A stretch of DNA of 64,000 nt from Myxococcota bacterium. Its GTDB lineage: Bacteria; Myxococcota_A; UBA9160; UBA4427. The DNA is taken from positions 1,682,471-1,746,470 of the forward strand of contig JAWKRT010000001.1 in the NCBI GenBank assembly GCA_041389495.1, read 5' to 3'. Under the pieces are notes generated by a model that had not been told where the DNA came from, searched no databases, and saw nothing but the letters and a program-made list of their open reading frames with translations. A program made the translations under genes and the position numbers. Below, in pieces: positions 26,605 to 37,911 of this stretch (the stretch's first letter is position 1; each line of letters starts with the position of its first letter).

Positions 26605-27282
26605 ATGCTCTACGCGGTCGGCGACATCCACGGCGAGCGCGAGAAGCTCGACGAGCTGCTCGCCGCGCTGCCGCTCGAGCCGGGCGACCGCCTCGTCTTC
26701 CTCGGCGACTACATCGACCGCGGCCCCGACTCGTGCGCGGTCGTCGATCGCCTCGTGGCGTTCTCGAAGCAGTGGCCGTGCACGTTCCTGCTCGGCAACC
26801 ACGAGTCGATGTTCCTCGACTTCCTCGGCTGGACGGACGACCGCTACTTCGGCGGCGACGCCTTCCTCATGAACGGCGGCGACCGCACGCTCGCGAGCTA
26901 CGGCTACTTCGATCGCGAGCGACCCGACCGCGAGAGCTTCGAGCTCCCGAAGGCGCACGAGGACTTCCTGCTCGCGCTCGTCTCCCACCACCGCGACGGC
27001 GACTACGTGTTCGTGCACGCCGGGCTCGGCGCCGACCAGCTGCGCCTCGACGACGCCACCTACGCGCTGCGCAAGACGCGGCCCGAGGATCTCTTGTGGA
27101 ACCGCACGAGCTGCGACCTGCCGCACCGGCTCGGCGCCACGATCGTCTACGGGCACACGCCGGCCGAGGACTTCGGCGTGCGCTGGAACCTGCCCTACAG
27201 CATCGGGATCGACACGGGCGCCGTGTACGGCGGGCCGCTCACGGCGATCCGCCTCCCCGACGAGACCGTCTTCCAGGTCTAG
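26605..27282 (+). CDS. metallophosphoesterase (PPP-family Ser/Thr phosphatase / ApaH-like)
   Basis: ORF track, 225 aa. Motifs: GDIHG, GDYIDRG, GNHE, and a C-terminal GHT. Confidence 0.88.
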   Translation: MLYAVGDIHGEREKLDELLAALPLEPGDRLVFLGDYIDRGPDSCAVVDRLVAFSKQWPCTFLLGNHESMFLDFLGWTDDRYFGGDAFLMNGGDRTLASYGYFDRERPDRESFELPKAHEDFLLALVSHHRDGDYVFVHAGLGADQLRLDDATYALRKTRPEDLLWNRTSCDLPHRLGATIVYGHTPAEDFGVRWNLPYSIGIDTGAVYGGPLTAIRLPDETVFQV

Positions 27283-27294
27283 AGAGCGCGCGCT

Positions 27295-28593
27295 TCAGGA
27301 CGCGAGCGACGCGAGCGTCTCCACCGGGACGACGCGCGTCGTCACCTCCGGAAGGCCCGTCCGGCTGCGCCAGCGCAGCGAGAGCAGCAGCCGGCGGTGC
27401 CCCGCCATGTCCATCCAGTTCGCGCGGAGCGCGGGCGGCAGCGCGTCGATCGCGGGAACGCGGTGCGCGACGACGATGCGCACGCGTCCGTCGCCTGCGC
27501 GCACGAGCTCGCGGTTGTTGCGGACGACCGGGTGATGGCGCCAGTCGGGCGTCTCGCCCCAGAGGTTCTGCAGCACGAAGCTCCAGTACGCGGGCTCGTC
27601 CCGGGGCGCGAGCTCGAGGACGAGCGCCTGCGACGCGTCGAGCTCGACGATGCCGTTGCGGTAGCGCACGCCGCTCGGCGTCTGCACGCTGCCGTCGTCG
27701 GGCATCTCGATCATCGTGTTGGGCGCGGTGCGGATGCCTTCGAAGCCGCTCCAGAACGCGAGGCTCCCGTCGACGAACGCGGCGGTCGCGAGCATCCCGC
27801 GCGCGAGCGTCGCGAGGTCGAGCGGCGCCGGCGGCTCGGCCACGTCGAGCCGCTCGATCGTCGGCATCGGGTGCGCGACGCGCAGCGCGCGGTCCCAGAA
27901 GTAGGTGCGGACGAGCAGCGAGTTCGCGTCGGGCTCCGTCTGCAGATGGCCTGCGCCTCCGGGCTCCGGTCCGAGGGTGACGTCGAACGCGCCGTCGTCG
28001 GCGACGCGCAGCGTGCCCTCGTCGCGCGAGGCGACGAGTCGTCGCCCGCCGCCGCCCTTCGCCCCGCTCTGGAACGTGCCCGCGTAGACGCCGATCTCGA
28101 CGCCCGCCGCTCCCGCGACCGTGCCGCGCACGCGGTACGTCCCGCGCCCGTCGACCGCGGCGACGCGATAGGTCTGGTCGGGGTTGTCGCCGAGATACTT
28201 CCGCGTCGCCGTCTGCAGCTCGTAGAAGCTCGGGTGGCGCGGGTCGGCGTGCTCGACGAAGCGGTCGAGGCCGAGCGCGACGAGGCGCGCCAGGCAGCGC
28301 ACGCCCTCGACCTGGGTCACCGGGTCGCCGGCGGAGAGCGTCGGGTCGAGGCGCCCGACGAGCGGGCGGAGCGCGTCGCAGAAGCGCGCCCAGAGCGCGT
28401 CCGCATCGGCGGGCATCGCCGCGGCCGCGCCCGCGACCGGCGGCCCGTCCGCGGCCGGGCCCGGTGCGGCACCGGGCGGCGAGGCCGCCCCGGGCGCGGC
28501 CGCGGCCCGGGGCGCGACGCCCGCGAGCGCCATGGCCGCACCCGTCGCGAGCACGTCCCGTCGCGTGAGACTCCGATCCGATCGCGTCGCCAT
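27295..28593 (-). CDS. Tat-signal exported protein of unknown function (DUF1214-like)
   Basis: ORF track 27295..28626, trimmed to ATG 28593. The N-terminus MATRSDRSLTRRDVLATGAAMALAGV is a twin-arginine signal. The family guess rests on YLGDNPDQTY-type motifs only. Confidence 0.7.
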   Translation of the reverse strand: MATRSDRSLTRRDVLATGAAMALAGVAPRAAAAPGAASPPGAAPGPAADGPPVAGAAAAMPADADALWARFCDALRPLVGRLDPTLSAGDPVTQVEGVRCLARLVALGLDRFVEHADPRHPSFYELQTATRKYLGDNPDQTYRVAAVDGRGTYRVRGTVAGAAGVEIGVYAGTFQSGAKGGGGRRLVASRDEGTLRVADDGAFDVTLGPEPGGAGHLQTEPDANSLLVRTYFWDRALRVAHPMPTIERLDVAEPPAPLDLATLARGMLATAAFVDGSLAFWSGFEGIRTAPNTMIEMPDDGSVQTPSGVRYRNGIVELDASQALVLELAPRDEPAYWSFVLQNLWGETPDWRHHPVVRNNRELVRAGDGRVRIVVAHRVPAIDALPPALRANWMDMAGHRRLLLSLRWRSRTGLPEVTTRVVPVETLASLAS

Positions 28594-28714
28594 CGCCCCC
28601 TCCCGTCCGCGGACGCGGACGCACACGCCCGCACGCAGGTCGCGCAGCGTGACAGACGCCGGGGACGCGGGGAAGCCGCGGGATCGCGGCCGGGCGAGCG
28701 CCCGGTGCCGCGCC

Positions 28715-31105
28715 TCAGCTCGGCTGGTGGCGGCGGACGACGGGCAGCGTGAGCTTCGCGCCCGCGGAGAGGCTCTCGACCTCGAGGTCGGGGTTGTACT
28801 GCTGCAGCAGCCAGAGCGGGACGTTCGAGCGCTGTGCGAGCACCCAGACGGAGTCGCCGCGGCGCACGACGTGCTCGCGCGTTCCCGTGATCTCGTACCG
28901 CTCGAAGTACTCGGTCTGCAGCGCGCGGTGGTGCTGCAGACGGCGCCGCTCGAACTCGTCGCGCGCGACGCGCTCGAAGTCGAGCCGCAGGCGCTGGTGC
29001 ACGGCGATCGGCGTCCCGAAGCGGAGCCGGTTCAGCTGGCGCAGCCGGCTCGCGCGGACGTCGAGCCACTCGGCGATGTGTCCCAGGGTCTCGGTCGGCT
29101 GCACCTCGATCGTGCCGTCGTCGGCGACCGAGTAGTCGGCGGGGTCGGCGAGCAGGTCGCGCGCGAGCTCCGTCGTCGTCTCGTCCGCCGCGAGCTCGGT
29201 GGCGGGCTCGTCCGCCGCATCGTCGGCGGCGCCCTCGTCGGCGCTCGCGGTCGCGCCTGCGTTCGCGCTCGCGTCCGCGCCGTCGCTCGAGCCGTCGCCG
29301 TCGCCGTCGCTCGCGCCCGCGTCGTCGGCGGCGAGCGCCTCGCTCGGCGAGCCGCTCGCGGGTGAGGCGTCCCGCGCCGCATCGCGCTCGGACGGGGCCG
29401 CGTCCGGCCCGGGCGCGACGTCGACCGCCGCGACCTCGGCGAGCGCGATCGCCGCCGCCGACGGCGCGTTCGCGGCGGCGGGCTCCTCGCGCTCGATCGG
29501 CGCGGTGGCGGCGGCCAGCGTGATCGCCGACGGCGGCGCTGCGGGCTCGGGCGCGTCGGCGCCCACGCGCAGCGACTGGCCGGGGTAGATGCGGTTGCGG
29601 TCGCGCACGTCGTTCGCGGCGAGCAGCTCGCGCTCGGTCGTGCCGAAGCGCCGCGCGATCGAGGCGAGCGTGTCGCCGCGCCGGACCGTGTAGACGCCCT
29701 CGGGCGGCGGGGCGGCGGGGGCGCTCGCCTTCGCGGACCGCGAGGGCTTCGCCTTCGCGGCGGGCTTCGCGCTCGCGAGCACGACGCCGCCGCCGTGCGG
29801 GAGGCGCAGCACCTGGCCGACGCGGATCGTGTGGTGGCTGCGGAGCTTGTTGGCGGCCGCGAGCTCGCGCACCGACGTCCCGTAGCGCGCGGCGATGCCG
29901 GAGAGCGTGTCGCCGCGGCGGACGCGGTGCGTGCGGTCGGCGGTCTGCGCCGCGAAGCGCTGGTCGGCGGCGAGATCGTCGAGGGCGAGCGCGAGCGGGC
30001 GCGCGAGCTCGGCCGACGGCACGCGCAGCGCGAAGCCGCGCGGCACGAACTTCTGTCCGCTCCACACCAGGCGCGAGAGCGCGGGGTTCGCGGCGCGCAG
30101 CGTCTCGACCGGCACGCCGATCGCGCTCGCGAGCGAGCTCGCCTTCGCATAGAAGGGAAGCTCGATGCGGTCGTACGCGACCGGCGCGTCGCGGCGGATC
30201 GGCCCGAAGTAGCGCTCTGCGTTCGTCTCGACCTCGCGCGCGGCGAGGAACTCGACGTAGAAGTTGCGCGAGGCGAAGCCGAAGGTGCGGCTCCGGTACT
30301 TGCGCAGGATCGTCTCGATGTCGGTGGTGCCGACGGTGCGCGCCGCGCGCCGCATGCCGGCGGCACCGTGGTTGTAGGCGACGAGCGCCAGCGGCCACGT
30401 TCCCGTCACCTGCTTGTTGGCCGCGAGCAGCTTCGCCGCGGCGCGCGTCGACTCGAACGGGTCGAGGCGTTCGTCGACGACGTGGTCGACGCTCATGTAG
30501 CGCCGCCCCGTCGAGCGCATGAACTGCCACAGGCCGGCCGCTCCGACGTGCGACTGCGCGTCGTGGCGGAACGACGACTCGACGTGGGGGAGCGACGCGA
30601 GCTCGGTCGGCAGCCCCATCTCGCGGAACGTGCCCTCGATGTGGTCGTGCCACGCCCCCGAGCGCACGATGCCGGCGCGGAACTTGTCCGCCTGGCCGAG
30701 CTGGAAGCGCACGTTGCGCGCGGCCTCGGCGAGCGTGCGGTTCGAGACGCCGTCGGGGAACTGCGCCAGCACGTGTCGTTCCCGCCGCGAGAGACCGCTG
30801 CGCTTGCCCTTCGCGAGCGCGCGCAGGGCGGCGGCGATCTCCTTCTTCGCCGAGTCCGTCTGCTGCTCGCGCGCGCGCGGGCTCTGGCGATCGCCGAACC
30901 GCACGACGTCGTACACGACGCCGAGGTCGGTCGCGTCGTGGATCAGTCCGCCCTGCGTGTCGACCTCCGAGTAGATCCGCACCCAGAAGCGGACGTCGGG
31001 CTCGAGGCCGGCAGGGCGCGGAAACGGCTCCGCCCCCGCGGCGGGCGCGAGCGCGGAGGCGAAGAGGAGGGCGAGGGCGAGGGAGCGGAGCGGCGGATGG
31101 TGCAT
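28715..31105 (-). CDS. MltD-like lytic transglycosylase with LysM repeats and an acidic low-complexity linker
   Basis: Part of ORF 28715..31366, starting at ATG 31105 (MHHPPLRSLALALLFASA, a signal peptide). The SLT core is LPHVESSFRHDAQSHVGAAGLWQF. It has at least three LysM-like units (HRVRRGDTLSGIAARYG, YTVRRGDTLASIARRFG, HVVRRGDSVWVLAQRSN). Confidence 0.88.
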   Translation of the reverse strand: MHHPPLRSLALALLFASALAPAAGAEPFPRPAGLEPDVRFWVRIYSEVDTQGGLIHDATDLGVVYDVVRFGDRQSPRAREQQTDSAKKEIAAALRALAKGKRSGLSRRERHVLAQFPDGVSNRTLAEAARNVRFQLGQADKFRAGIVRSGAWHDHIEGTFREMGLPTELASLPHVESSFRHDAQSHVGAAGLWQFMRSTGRRYMSVDHVVDERLDPFESTRAAAKLLAANKQVTGTWPLALVAYNHGAAGMRRAARTVGTTDIETILRKYRSRTFGFASRNFYVEFLAAREVETNAERYFGPIRRDAPVAYDRIELPFYAKASSLASAIGVPVETLRAANPALSRLVWSGQKFVPRGFALRVPSAELARPLALALDDLAADQRFAAQTADRTHRVRRGDTLSGIAARYGTSVRELAAANKLRSHHTIRVGQVLRLPHGGGVVLASAKPAAKAKPSRSAKASAPAAPPPEGVYTVRRGDTLASIARRFGTTERELLAANDVRDRNRIYPGQSLRVGADAPEPAAPPSAITLAAATAPIEREEPAAANAPSAAAIALAEVAAVDVAPGPDAAPSERDAARDASPASGSPSEALAADDAGASDGDGDGSSDGADASANAGATASADEGAADDAADEPATELAADETTTELARDLLADPADYSVADDGTIEVQPTETLGHIAEWLDVRASRLRQLNRLRFGTPIAVHQRLRLDFERVARDEFERRRLQHHRALQTEYFERYEITGTREHVVRRGDSVWVLAQRSNVPLWLLQQYNPDLEVESLSAGAKLTLPVVRRHQPS

Positions 31106-31154
31106 CGGGGTCCGATTCGGCAGCTCGCCGGCAGGATGTGAGGGGTGGGCGCGC

Positions 31155-32669
31155 CTACCGGCGGCCCTTGCGGCGCGCGGCGCGCTGCTGCTTGCGCTTC
31201 TTCTTCTTGGCGTCCGTGTCGGCGCGCCGGCGCACGCCGCCCGGGCCCGCGGCGCCGAACGCGCCGAGGCCGCCGGGCCCGCCGCCGAGCAGGGCGCTCG
31301 GGTCCATGCCGCCGGCCGGGGCCAGGCGGTCGAGCCCGGGGATGCGCGAGAGCAGGCCGCCCGCACCGCCGAGGTTCGACATGACGTCGCGCATCTGGTG
31401 GAAGCGCTTCACCAGGTCGCTCACGTCCTTCTGCTTGTGGCCGCTGCCGCGCGCGATGCGTGCGGTGCGGCTCTTGTCGATCAGGTCGGGCGCGGTGCGC
31501 TCCTGGCGGGTCATCGACTGGATCATCGACTCGACCTTGCGGAGCTGCCCTTCCTCGACCTGGTCGGCCATCTGGTTGAAGAAGGGCATCTTCGCGAACA
31601 CCTCGCGCAGCGGGCCCATCTTCTGGATCGTCTTGAGCTGCGTGAGCAGGTCGTCGAGCGTGAACTGGCCCTGGAGGATGCGCTCGGCGTCCTCCTCGGC
31701 CTGCTTCTCGTCGACGACGGACTCGAAGTCCTGGACGAGACCGACGATGTCGCCCATGCCGAGGATGCGCGACGCGAGGCCCTCGGGCCGGAACTCCTCG
31801 AGCCGGTCGACGGACTCGCCCGTGCCGATGAACTTGATCGGGACGCCGGTCACGGCCTTCACGGCGAGCGCCGCGCCGCCGCGCGCGTCGCCGTCGAGCT
31901 TCGTCATCACGATGCCGTCGAGCGCGAGGCGTTCGCCGAACGCGCGCGCGACGTTCACCGCGTCGCGCCCCATGAGCGCGTCGCACACGAGCAGCGTGTT
32001 CGCGGGCTCGACGGCGGCGACGATCTCCTCGAGCTCGCGCATCAGGTCGTCGTCGATCGCGAGCCGGCCGGCCGTGTCGTAGACGATCGCGTCGAAGCCC
32101 TCGCGCTTCGCGCGCTCGCGCGCGGCCCTGCAGATCGACGGCGGGAGCTCGCCCTCGCCGCCGCGGTGGACGGCGACGTCGATCTGCGCGCCGAGCGTCA
32201 CGAGCTGGTCGACGGCCGCGGGGCGGTACACGTCGGCCGCGACGAGCAGCGGCCGCTTGCCCTGCGACTGGAGCCGCCGCGCGACCTTGGCCGCGCACGT
32301 CGTCTTGCCCACGCCCTGGAGGCCGACGAGCATCACCGACGTCGCCCCGCGCTGGAAGCGCAGCTTCGGGTCGACCGGCCCCATCAGGGCCGCGAGCTCC
32401 TGCTCGCAGATCGCGACGAAGTGCTGGCCCGGCGTCACCTTGAGCGCGCGACCCTGCGCGTCGCGCGCGCGCGTCGACACCTTCTCGCCGAGCGCGCGCT
32501 CCTTGACCTTCGCGAGGAAGTCCTTCGCGACCTGGAAATCGACGTCCGCTTCGAGCAGCGACGCGCGCACGTCGCGCAGCGCCTCGGAGATGTTCTCCTC
32601 GTCGAGCGCGCGCACGCCGCGCAGCCGTTCGGTCGCGTTCTTGAAGCCCTGGGTGACGGTCTCGAGCAC
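31155..32669 (-). CDS. ffh: signal recognition particle protein Ffh
   Basis: Part of ORF 31155..33164. The start is GTG 32669, preceded by GGAGGGGA. Motifs: GLQGVGKTT, DTAGR, TKLDGDARGG, a Met-rich M domain and a basic tail. Confidence 0.95.
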   Translation of the reverse strand: MLETVTQGFKNATERLRGVRALDEENISEALRDVRASLLEADVDFQVAKDFLAKVKERALGEKVSTRARDAQGRALKVTPGQHFVAICEQELAALMGPVDPKLRFQRGATSVMLVGLQGVGKTTCAAKVARRLQSQGKRPLLVAADVYRPAAVDQLVTLGAQIDVAVHRGGEGELPPSICRAARERAKREGFDAIVYDTAGRLAIDDDLMRELEEIVAAVEPANTLLVCDALMGRDAVNVARAFGERLALDGIVMTKLDGDARGGAALAVKAVTGVPIKFIGTGESVDRLEEFRPEGLASRILGMGDIVGLVQDFESVVDEKQAEEDAERILQGQFTLDDLLTQLKTIQKMGPLREVFAKMPFFNQMADQVEEGQLRKVESMIQSMTRQERTAPDLIDKSRTARIARGSGHKQKDVSDLVKRFHQMRDVMSNLGGAGGLLSRIPGLDRLAPAGGMDPSALLGGGPGGLGAFGAAGPGGVRRRADTDAKKKKRKQQRAARRKGRR

Positions 32670-32819
32670 GATCCCCTCCGCGAGCGGCGCGCAGTCTAGC
32701 GCGGGGTCGCGCGCGCTCCCGCGCACCCTGCGGCGCGCTTGCTCGCGCATCGCGCCGCGTGCATGATGACGCCCCTTCCCGCACCCGCGGCGCGCGCGGC
32801 GCGCCCGAAGAGGAGCCGC

Positions 32820-33041
32820 ATGGCGATCGAGGTCGAGGCGCAGATCACGGGCAGCGTGTGGAAGATCGAGACGCAGGTCGGCGCCCGCGTCGAGGAGGAG
32901 GACGTCCTCCTCGTCGTCGAATCCATGAAGATGGAGATTCCGGTCGAGGCGCCGGGGGCCGGCGTCGTCGCCGAGATCCGCGTCGCCGAGGGGCAGGCGA
33001 TCGAGGAAGGCGACGTGCTCGTCGTCCTCGACGACGCCTAG
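32820..33041 (+). CDS. small stand-alone biotinyl/lipoyl-carrier domain protein (BCCP-like)
   Basis: ORF track 32739..33041, trimmed to ATG 32820 after GAAGAGGAG. It has the biotinylation motif VESMKMEIPV. Confidence 0.85.
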   Translation: MAIEVEAQITGSVWKIETQVGARVEEEDVLLVVESMKMEIPVEAPGAGVVAEIRVAEGQAIEEGDVLVVLDDA

Positions 33042-33057
33042 CCGTCGCCATCCCGCC

Positions 33058-33927
33058 ATGGCCCACGGTCTCGTCTCCGAGCGCGGACGGCCGCGGCCCC
33101 GTCTCCTCACCGGCGCCAAGCGCGACGAGGCCGTCGCGCGCCTCGCGCGGTCGGCGCGCCGCAATCTGATGCTGCTCGACGTCGTCGCCTCGATCGGCCG
33201 CGCCGCGTCGCCGTACGAAGTGCCCGCCCAGGCGGTCGGTGCGTTCGACGGCGACGAGCTGTGCGGCGTCGTGGCGCTGCGCCCGAGCCTCGTGCTCGAA
33301 GCGGAGCTCGACGAGGGCGCGCTCGACGCGGTGCTGCCCTACGTCGAGACGATCGAGTCCGGGCTCGTGAAGAGCGAGGCGTCGGGCGTCGAGCTCCTGT
33401 GGCGGCGGCTCGCGCGGCGCGGCAAGTCGGCGGTCATCGACCGCCGCGAGCACGCGCTCGCGGTCGAGCGCGGCGCGCTGCGGCCCGCGCCCGCTCCGCT
33501 CGGCGCGCTGCTGCGCCGCGCCGCGCCGCGCGACCTCGAGGCGCTCGTGCACGCAGCGCGCGCGAGCCTGCGCGAGGAAGGGCGGCCCGACCCGTTCGAC
33601 GGCGACCCGACGGGCTTCCGGCGCTGGGTGCGCGGCCGTCTCGAGCGCGCGCGCGTCGTCGAGCGCGACGGCCGCGTCGCATTCGTCGGCTACGCGGACG
33701 TCCGGCGGCCCGAGGGCTGGCTCGTGCAGGGCGTCTACACGTGGCCCGAGGCGCGCCGCACGGGCCTCGCGGCGGCGGGCATGAGCGCGATCGTCGAGGA
33801 GGGCTTCGAGGCCGGCGCCGGCCACGTGCAGCTCGCCGTCGTCGACGGCAACGCGCCCGCGATGTCGCTCTACGCCAAGCTCGGCTTCCGCCCGTTCGAC
33901 ACCCTGCGAACCATCCTGTTCGCGTAG
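33058..33927 (+). CDS. GNAT-family N-acetyltransferase
   Basis: ORF track, 289 aa. The C-terminal acetyl-CoA motif is PEARRTGLAAAGMSAIV...VVDGNAPAMSLYAKLGFRP. Confidence 0.8.
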   Translation: MAHGLVSERGRPRPRLLTGAKRDEAVARLARSARRNLMLLDVVASIGRAASPYEVPAQAVGAFDGDELCGVVALRPSLVLEAELDEGALDAVLPYVETIESGLVKSEASGVELLWRRLARRGKSAVIDRREHALAVERGALRPAPAPLGALLRRAAPRDLEALVHAARASLREEGRPDPFDGDPTGFRRWVRGRLERARVVERDGRVAFVGYADVRRPEGWLVQGVYTWPEARRTGLAAAGMSAIVEEGFEAGAGHVQLAVVDGNAPAMSLYAKLGFRPFDTLRTILFA

Positions 33928-34000
33928 CGGCGCATTCCGTAGGATGGGCCGCGCGCACGGTCCGCCGCGGCCGCGACGCGCACCACGGAGGATCGGACGC

Positions 34001-34855
34001 ATGGGCCTGCTCGACGGGAAGGTGGCGATCGTGACGGGAGCGGGAGGCGGGCTCGGGCGCGAGCACGCGCTCGCGCTGGCGAAGGAGGGCGCGGCCGTCC
34101 TCGTGAACGACCTCGGCGGCTCGCGCGACGGCACGGGCGCCGGCCACAACATGGCCGACCACGTCGTCGCCGAGATCCGCGAGGCCGGCGGCGAGGCGGC
34201 GGCGAACTACGACACGGTCGCGACCGTCGAGGGCGGCAAGGCGATCGCGCAGGCGGCCGTCGACGCGTTCGGGCAGATCGACGTGCTCGTGAACAACGCG
34301 GGCATCCTGCGCGACAAGTCGTTCAAGAACACGACCGAGGACCTGTGGGACCCCGTCGTGCAGGTGCACCTCAAGGGCACGTACTGCGTCACGCACGCCG
34401 TCTACACGCACATGCTCGAGCGCGGGCAGGGCGGCGTGATCGTCAACACCTCGTCCACGTCGGGCCTGAACGGCAACTTCGGCCAGTGCAACTACGGCGC
34501 GGCGAAGGCGGGCATCGCCGGCTTCACGCGCTGCCTCGCGATCGAGGGCAAGAAGTACGGCGTGCGCGCGTTCATCCTCGCGCCGGTCGCGTTCACGCGG
34601 CTCACCGAGGACCTCATGAGCGGCGACATGCAGGGCTCGCTCGATCCGAAGCTGGTCTCGCCGCTGATCGTGTACCTCGCGAGCGACCTGTCGAAGGACC
34701 GCACCGGCACGACCTTCTTCGCGGGCGGCGGCCGCATCGCCGAGATGCGGATGGTCACGGCCGAGGGCGTGACCAAGAAGGACGGCGGGGGCCTGTGGAC
34801 GGCGCAGGAGATCGCCGACGCCATGCAGCCGGGGAAGATCCTGCTGTCGGACTAG
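34001..34855 (+). CDS. classical SDR oxidoreductase (3-hydroxyacyl-CoA dehydrogenase / MFE-2-like)
   Basis: ORF track 33944..34855, trimmed to ATG 34001 after GGAGGAT. Motifs: VTGAGGGLG, NNAGI, the catalytic NYGAAKAG. Confidence 0.9.
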   Translation: MGLLDGKVAIVTGAGGGLGREHALALAKEGAAVLVNDLGGSRDGTGAGHNMADHVVAEIREAGGEAAANYDTVATVEGGKAIAQAAVDAFGQIDVLVNNAGILRDKSFKNTTEDLWDPVVQVHLKGTYCVTHAVYTHMLERGQGGVIVNTSSTSGLNGNFGQCNYGAAKAGIAGFTRCLAIEGKKYGVRAFILAPVAFTRLTEDLMSGDMQGSLDPKLVSPLIVYLASDLSKDRTGTTFFAGGGRIAEMRMVTAEGVTKKDGGGLWTAQEIADAMQPGKILLSD

Positions 34856-34886
34856 CGCGCGGGCGGTGCGGTACCTTCGCGCGCCG

Positions 34887-37493
34887 ATGAGCTCTCCGAC
34901 GACCCGAGCCCCGAGCGGGCGTCCCGATCGGCGCGCGCTCGCCGACGTGCTGTCGGCGATGGCGCCGCGCTTCAACCTCGCCTTCCGCTGGTTCGCGCGC
35001 CGCTTCTTCGGCCACTTCGGGCTCGACGACGAGACGGTCCAGCGCCTGCGCGCGCTCGAGGACCGCGGCTCGGTCGTCTACGTGATGCGGTACTCGAGCC
35101 GCCTCGACTACTTCCTGTTCAACACGCTCTTCGTGCGCCACGGGCTGCGGCTGTCGCGCTTCGCGAACGGCATCCACTTCTACTACTACCACCCGCTGCG
35201 CGACGCGCTGCGCACGTTCCTGTTCCGGAGGCGCGGGCTCCCGCGCGAGGTGCGGCACGCGGAGCGGCGCGAGCGCGTGCAGGCGCTCGTGCGCGCGGGC
35301 GAGTCGATGTTCCTGTTCCTGCGGACGGAGCGGCTGCGGCGCCTGCTGCGCGGGCGCCGCGCGCTCGCCGAGGCGCGCGAGCTCGACCTGATCGAGGTGG
35401 CGGCGGCGGAGTCGATCGAGTCCGGGCGCCCGGTCTTCTTCGTTCCCCTCGCGCTCTTCTGGCGCAAGGGGCCGCGCGCGGAGAGCCGCTTCCTGAACCT
35501 GTCGTACGGCGCCGTCACGCGCCCGAGCGACCTCGCGAAGGTGACGTCCTTCTTCTCGACGTACCGCGACCTCGCCGTGAAGACGGGCGAGCCGATCGAC
35601 CTGCTCGAGTTCGTGCGCGAGCGCCCGGGCGACGACCTGCGCCTGCTCGCGCGCAAGGTGCGGCGCTCGATGCTCGTCTACTTCTCCGCGGAGGAGAAGG
35701 TCGTCGAGGGGCCGACGCTGCGCTCGCCTTCGCGCGTGCTGCAGGAGGTGCTCGCGGACGCGGGCGTGCGGCGCGCGGTCGACGCCTACGCGAAGGAGCG
35801 CGGCGTCTCGATCGAGCGCGCCGAGCGCGACGCCGAGCGCCGCTTCCGCGAGATCGCGGCGAACATGAACTCGACGCTGCTCGCCGTGCTCGGCGCCGTC
35901 GTCGGGTGGATCTTCCGGCGCATGTTCTCGTCGATCGAGACGACCGGACTCGAGGCGGTCAAGGAGCACGCGAAGCGCCAGGCCCTCGTGCTCGTGCCGA
36001 ACCACCGCTCGTACTTCGACTTCCTGATCCTGTCGTGGCTCTTCTACCAGAACTTCCTCGTGCCGCCCCACATCGTCGCGCGCGAGAACATGTCCTTCGG
36101 GCCGTTCGGCTTCGTGTTCCGGCGCGCGGGTGCGTTCTTCATGCGGCGCCGCTTCGACGACGAGCTCTACAAGGAGGTGTTCCGCGCCTACGTCTCCTAC
36201 CTCGTGCGCGAGGGCTTCACGCAGGAGTTCTTCATCGAGGGGGGGCGGTCGCGCACGGGCAAGAGCCTGGCGCCGCGCTTCGGCATCCTGTCGTGGGACG
36301 TCGAGGGCTTCCTCCAGAGCCGGCGCCGCGACCTGCTCTTCGTGCCGATCGGCATCACGTACGAACGGCTCGTCGAGGAGGGCTCGATGGTCGACGAGCT
36401 CGAGGGCGGCGAGAAGAAGGACGAGAGCATGCTCGGGCTCGTGCGCGCCCGGCGCTTCCTGCGCAGTCGCTTCGGCAGCGTGCACATCCACTTCGACGAG
36501 CCGATCTCGCTGGCGCGGGCGCTCGGCGCGCGGCGCGACTCCTTCGCGCGCGACGGCGGCGAAGCGGTCGAGGCCGAGAAGCGGCGCTTCATCCAGTCGC
36601 TCGGCTATCGCATCGTCGAGCGCATCAACTGGTCGCTGTTCGCGAACGCGACGTCGGTGGCGGCGAGCGTCCTGCTCGGGCATCCGCACCGCGGCATGCG
36701 CCGCGCGGAGTTCGTGCGGCGCATGCAGTGGACGGTCGACCTGCTGCGCGCGCTCGACGTGCGCATGACGCAGGCGCTCGCGCGCGACGAGGGTGGGTTC
36801 GTCGAGTCGCTCGCGTTCCTGTCGGGTGCCTCGCTCGTGCACGTCGAGTCGGACCCGCGCGGCGAGATCGTCTACTTCGACGAGTCGCGCCGGCGCGCGC
36901 TCGACATCTACCGCAACGCGATCGCGCACTACCTCGCGGCGCCGAGCTTCGTCGCGCGCGCGCTGCTCGGCGAGTGCTCGCGCAAGCAGCTCGACGAGGA
37001 CGTCGAGCGCGCGCAGCTCGTCTTCGAGCACGAGTTCTTCGCCGCGCGCATCGACGCGCGACGCGGCGACGTCGCGATCGTGCTCGCGCACTTCGAGCGC
37101 TGCGGCTTCGCCGAGGAGCGCGACGGGCTGTGGCGCGCCACGGAGGCGGGCGAGCCGTTCCTGCGCTCGCTCGCCGAGCAGACGCGCGGCCTCGTCGAGG
37201 TCTACGCGGCGGTCTGCGACGTGGCGATCGAGCAGGGCGGCGCGCTCTCGCGGCGCGAGCTCGCGAAGCTCGCGAGCGCGCGTGTCGAGCGCGCGCGCCT
37301 GCTCGGCGAGGCCGAACGCGCCGAGGCGCTCAACCCGACCACGCTCGCGAACGCGCTCGACTGGCTCGTGCGCAGCGAGGTGCTCGCGCGCGCCGACGGC
37401 GGCGGAAGCGGAGCCGACCTCGTGCGCGGCGAGCGCTTCGAGGAGCTCGCGAGCCTGCGCGACCGGTTGGCAGCGGAGCTGGCCGAGCGGTAG
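34887..37493 (+). CDS. plsB: glycerol-3-phosphate 1-O-acyltransferase PlsB
   Basis: ORF track 34866..37493, starting at ATG 34887. At 868 aa the length is typical of PlsB. Motifs: [13 protein letters not shown] (HX4D), [19 protein letters not shown]. Confidence 0.88.
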   Translation: MSSPTTRAPSGRPDRRALADVLSAMAPRFNLAFRWFARRFFGHFGLDDETVQRLRALEDRGSVVYVMRYSSRLDYFLFNTLFVRHGLRLSRFANGIHFYYYHPLRDALRTFLFRRRGLPREVRHAERRERVQALVRAGESMFLFLRTERLRRLLRGRRALAEARELDLIEVAAAESIESGRPVFFVPLALFWRKGPRAESRFLNLSYGAVTRPSDLAKVTSFFSTYRDLAVKTGEPIDLLEFVRERPGDDLRLLARKVRRSMLVYFSAEEKVVEGPTLRSPSRVLQEVLADAGVRRAVDAYAKERGVSIERAERDAERRFREIAANMNSTLLAVLGAVVGWIFRRMFSSIETTGLEAVKEHAKRQALVLVPNHRSYFDFLILSWLFYQNFLVPPHIVARENMSFGPFGFVFRRAGAFFMRRRFDDELYKEVFRAYVSYLVREGFTQEFFIEGGRSRTGKSLAPRFGILSWDVEGFLQSRRRDLLFVPIGITYERLVEEGSMVDELEGGEKKDESMLGLVRARRFLRSRFGSVHIHFDEPISLARALGARRDSFARDGGEAVEAEKRRFIQSLGYRIVERINWSLFANATSVAASVLLGHPHRGMRRAEFVRRMQWTVDLLRALDVRMTQALARDEGGFVESLAFLSGASLVHVESDPRGEIVYFDESRRRALDIYRNAIAHYLAAPSFVARALLGECSRKQLDEDVERAQLVFEHEFFAARIDARRGDVAIVLAHFERCGFAEERDGLWRATEAGEPFLRSLAEQTRGLVEVYAAVCDVAIEQGGALSRRELAKLASARVERARLLGEAERAEALNPTTLANALDWLVRSEVLARADGGGSGADLVRGERFEELASLRDRLAAELAER

Positions 37494-37506
37494 CCTGCGC
37501 GCCCCC

Positions 37507-37911
37507 ATGACGACCGCCCTCCCCGAAGACCCGGCCTCGCTGCTCGACTTCCGCAAGGGCGACGGGCTCGTCGCCGCGATCGCGCAGGATCACGCGACCG
37601 GCGAGATCCTGATGCTCGCGTGGATGAACGAGGACGCGTTCCGCCGCACGCTCGAGACGGGGCAGGCCGTCTACTGGACGCGCTCGCGCCGCAAGCTCTG
37701 GCACAAGGGCGAGGAGAGCGGGAACGTGCAGCTCGTGAAGGAGCTCTACGTCGACTGCGACGCCGACGCGGTGCTGCTGCGGGTCGAGCAGGTGGGCGGC
37801 GCGGCCTGCCACACGGGCAAGCGCAGCTGCTTCTTCCGCAAGGTCGCCGACGGCCGCGTGACCGACGTCGGCGTGCAGGTCTTCGATCCGGACGAGGTGT
37901 ACGGGAAATGA
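37507..37911 (+). CDS. hisI: phosphoribosyl-AMP cyclohydrolase HisI (monofunctional)
   Basis: Part of ORF 36793..37911, starting at ATG 37507. Motifs: [51 protein letters not shown]. Confidence 0.93.
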   Translation: MTTALPEDPASLLDFRKGDGLVAAIAQDHATGEILMLAWMNEDAFRRTLETGQAVYWTRSRRKLWHKGEESGNVQLVKELYVDCDADAVLLRVEQVGGAACHTGKRSCFFRKVADGRVTDVGVQVFDPDEVYGK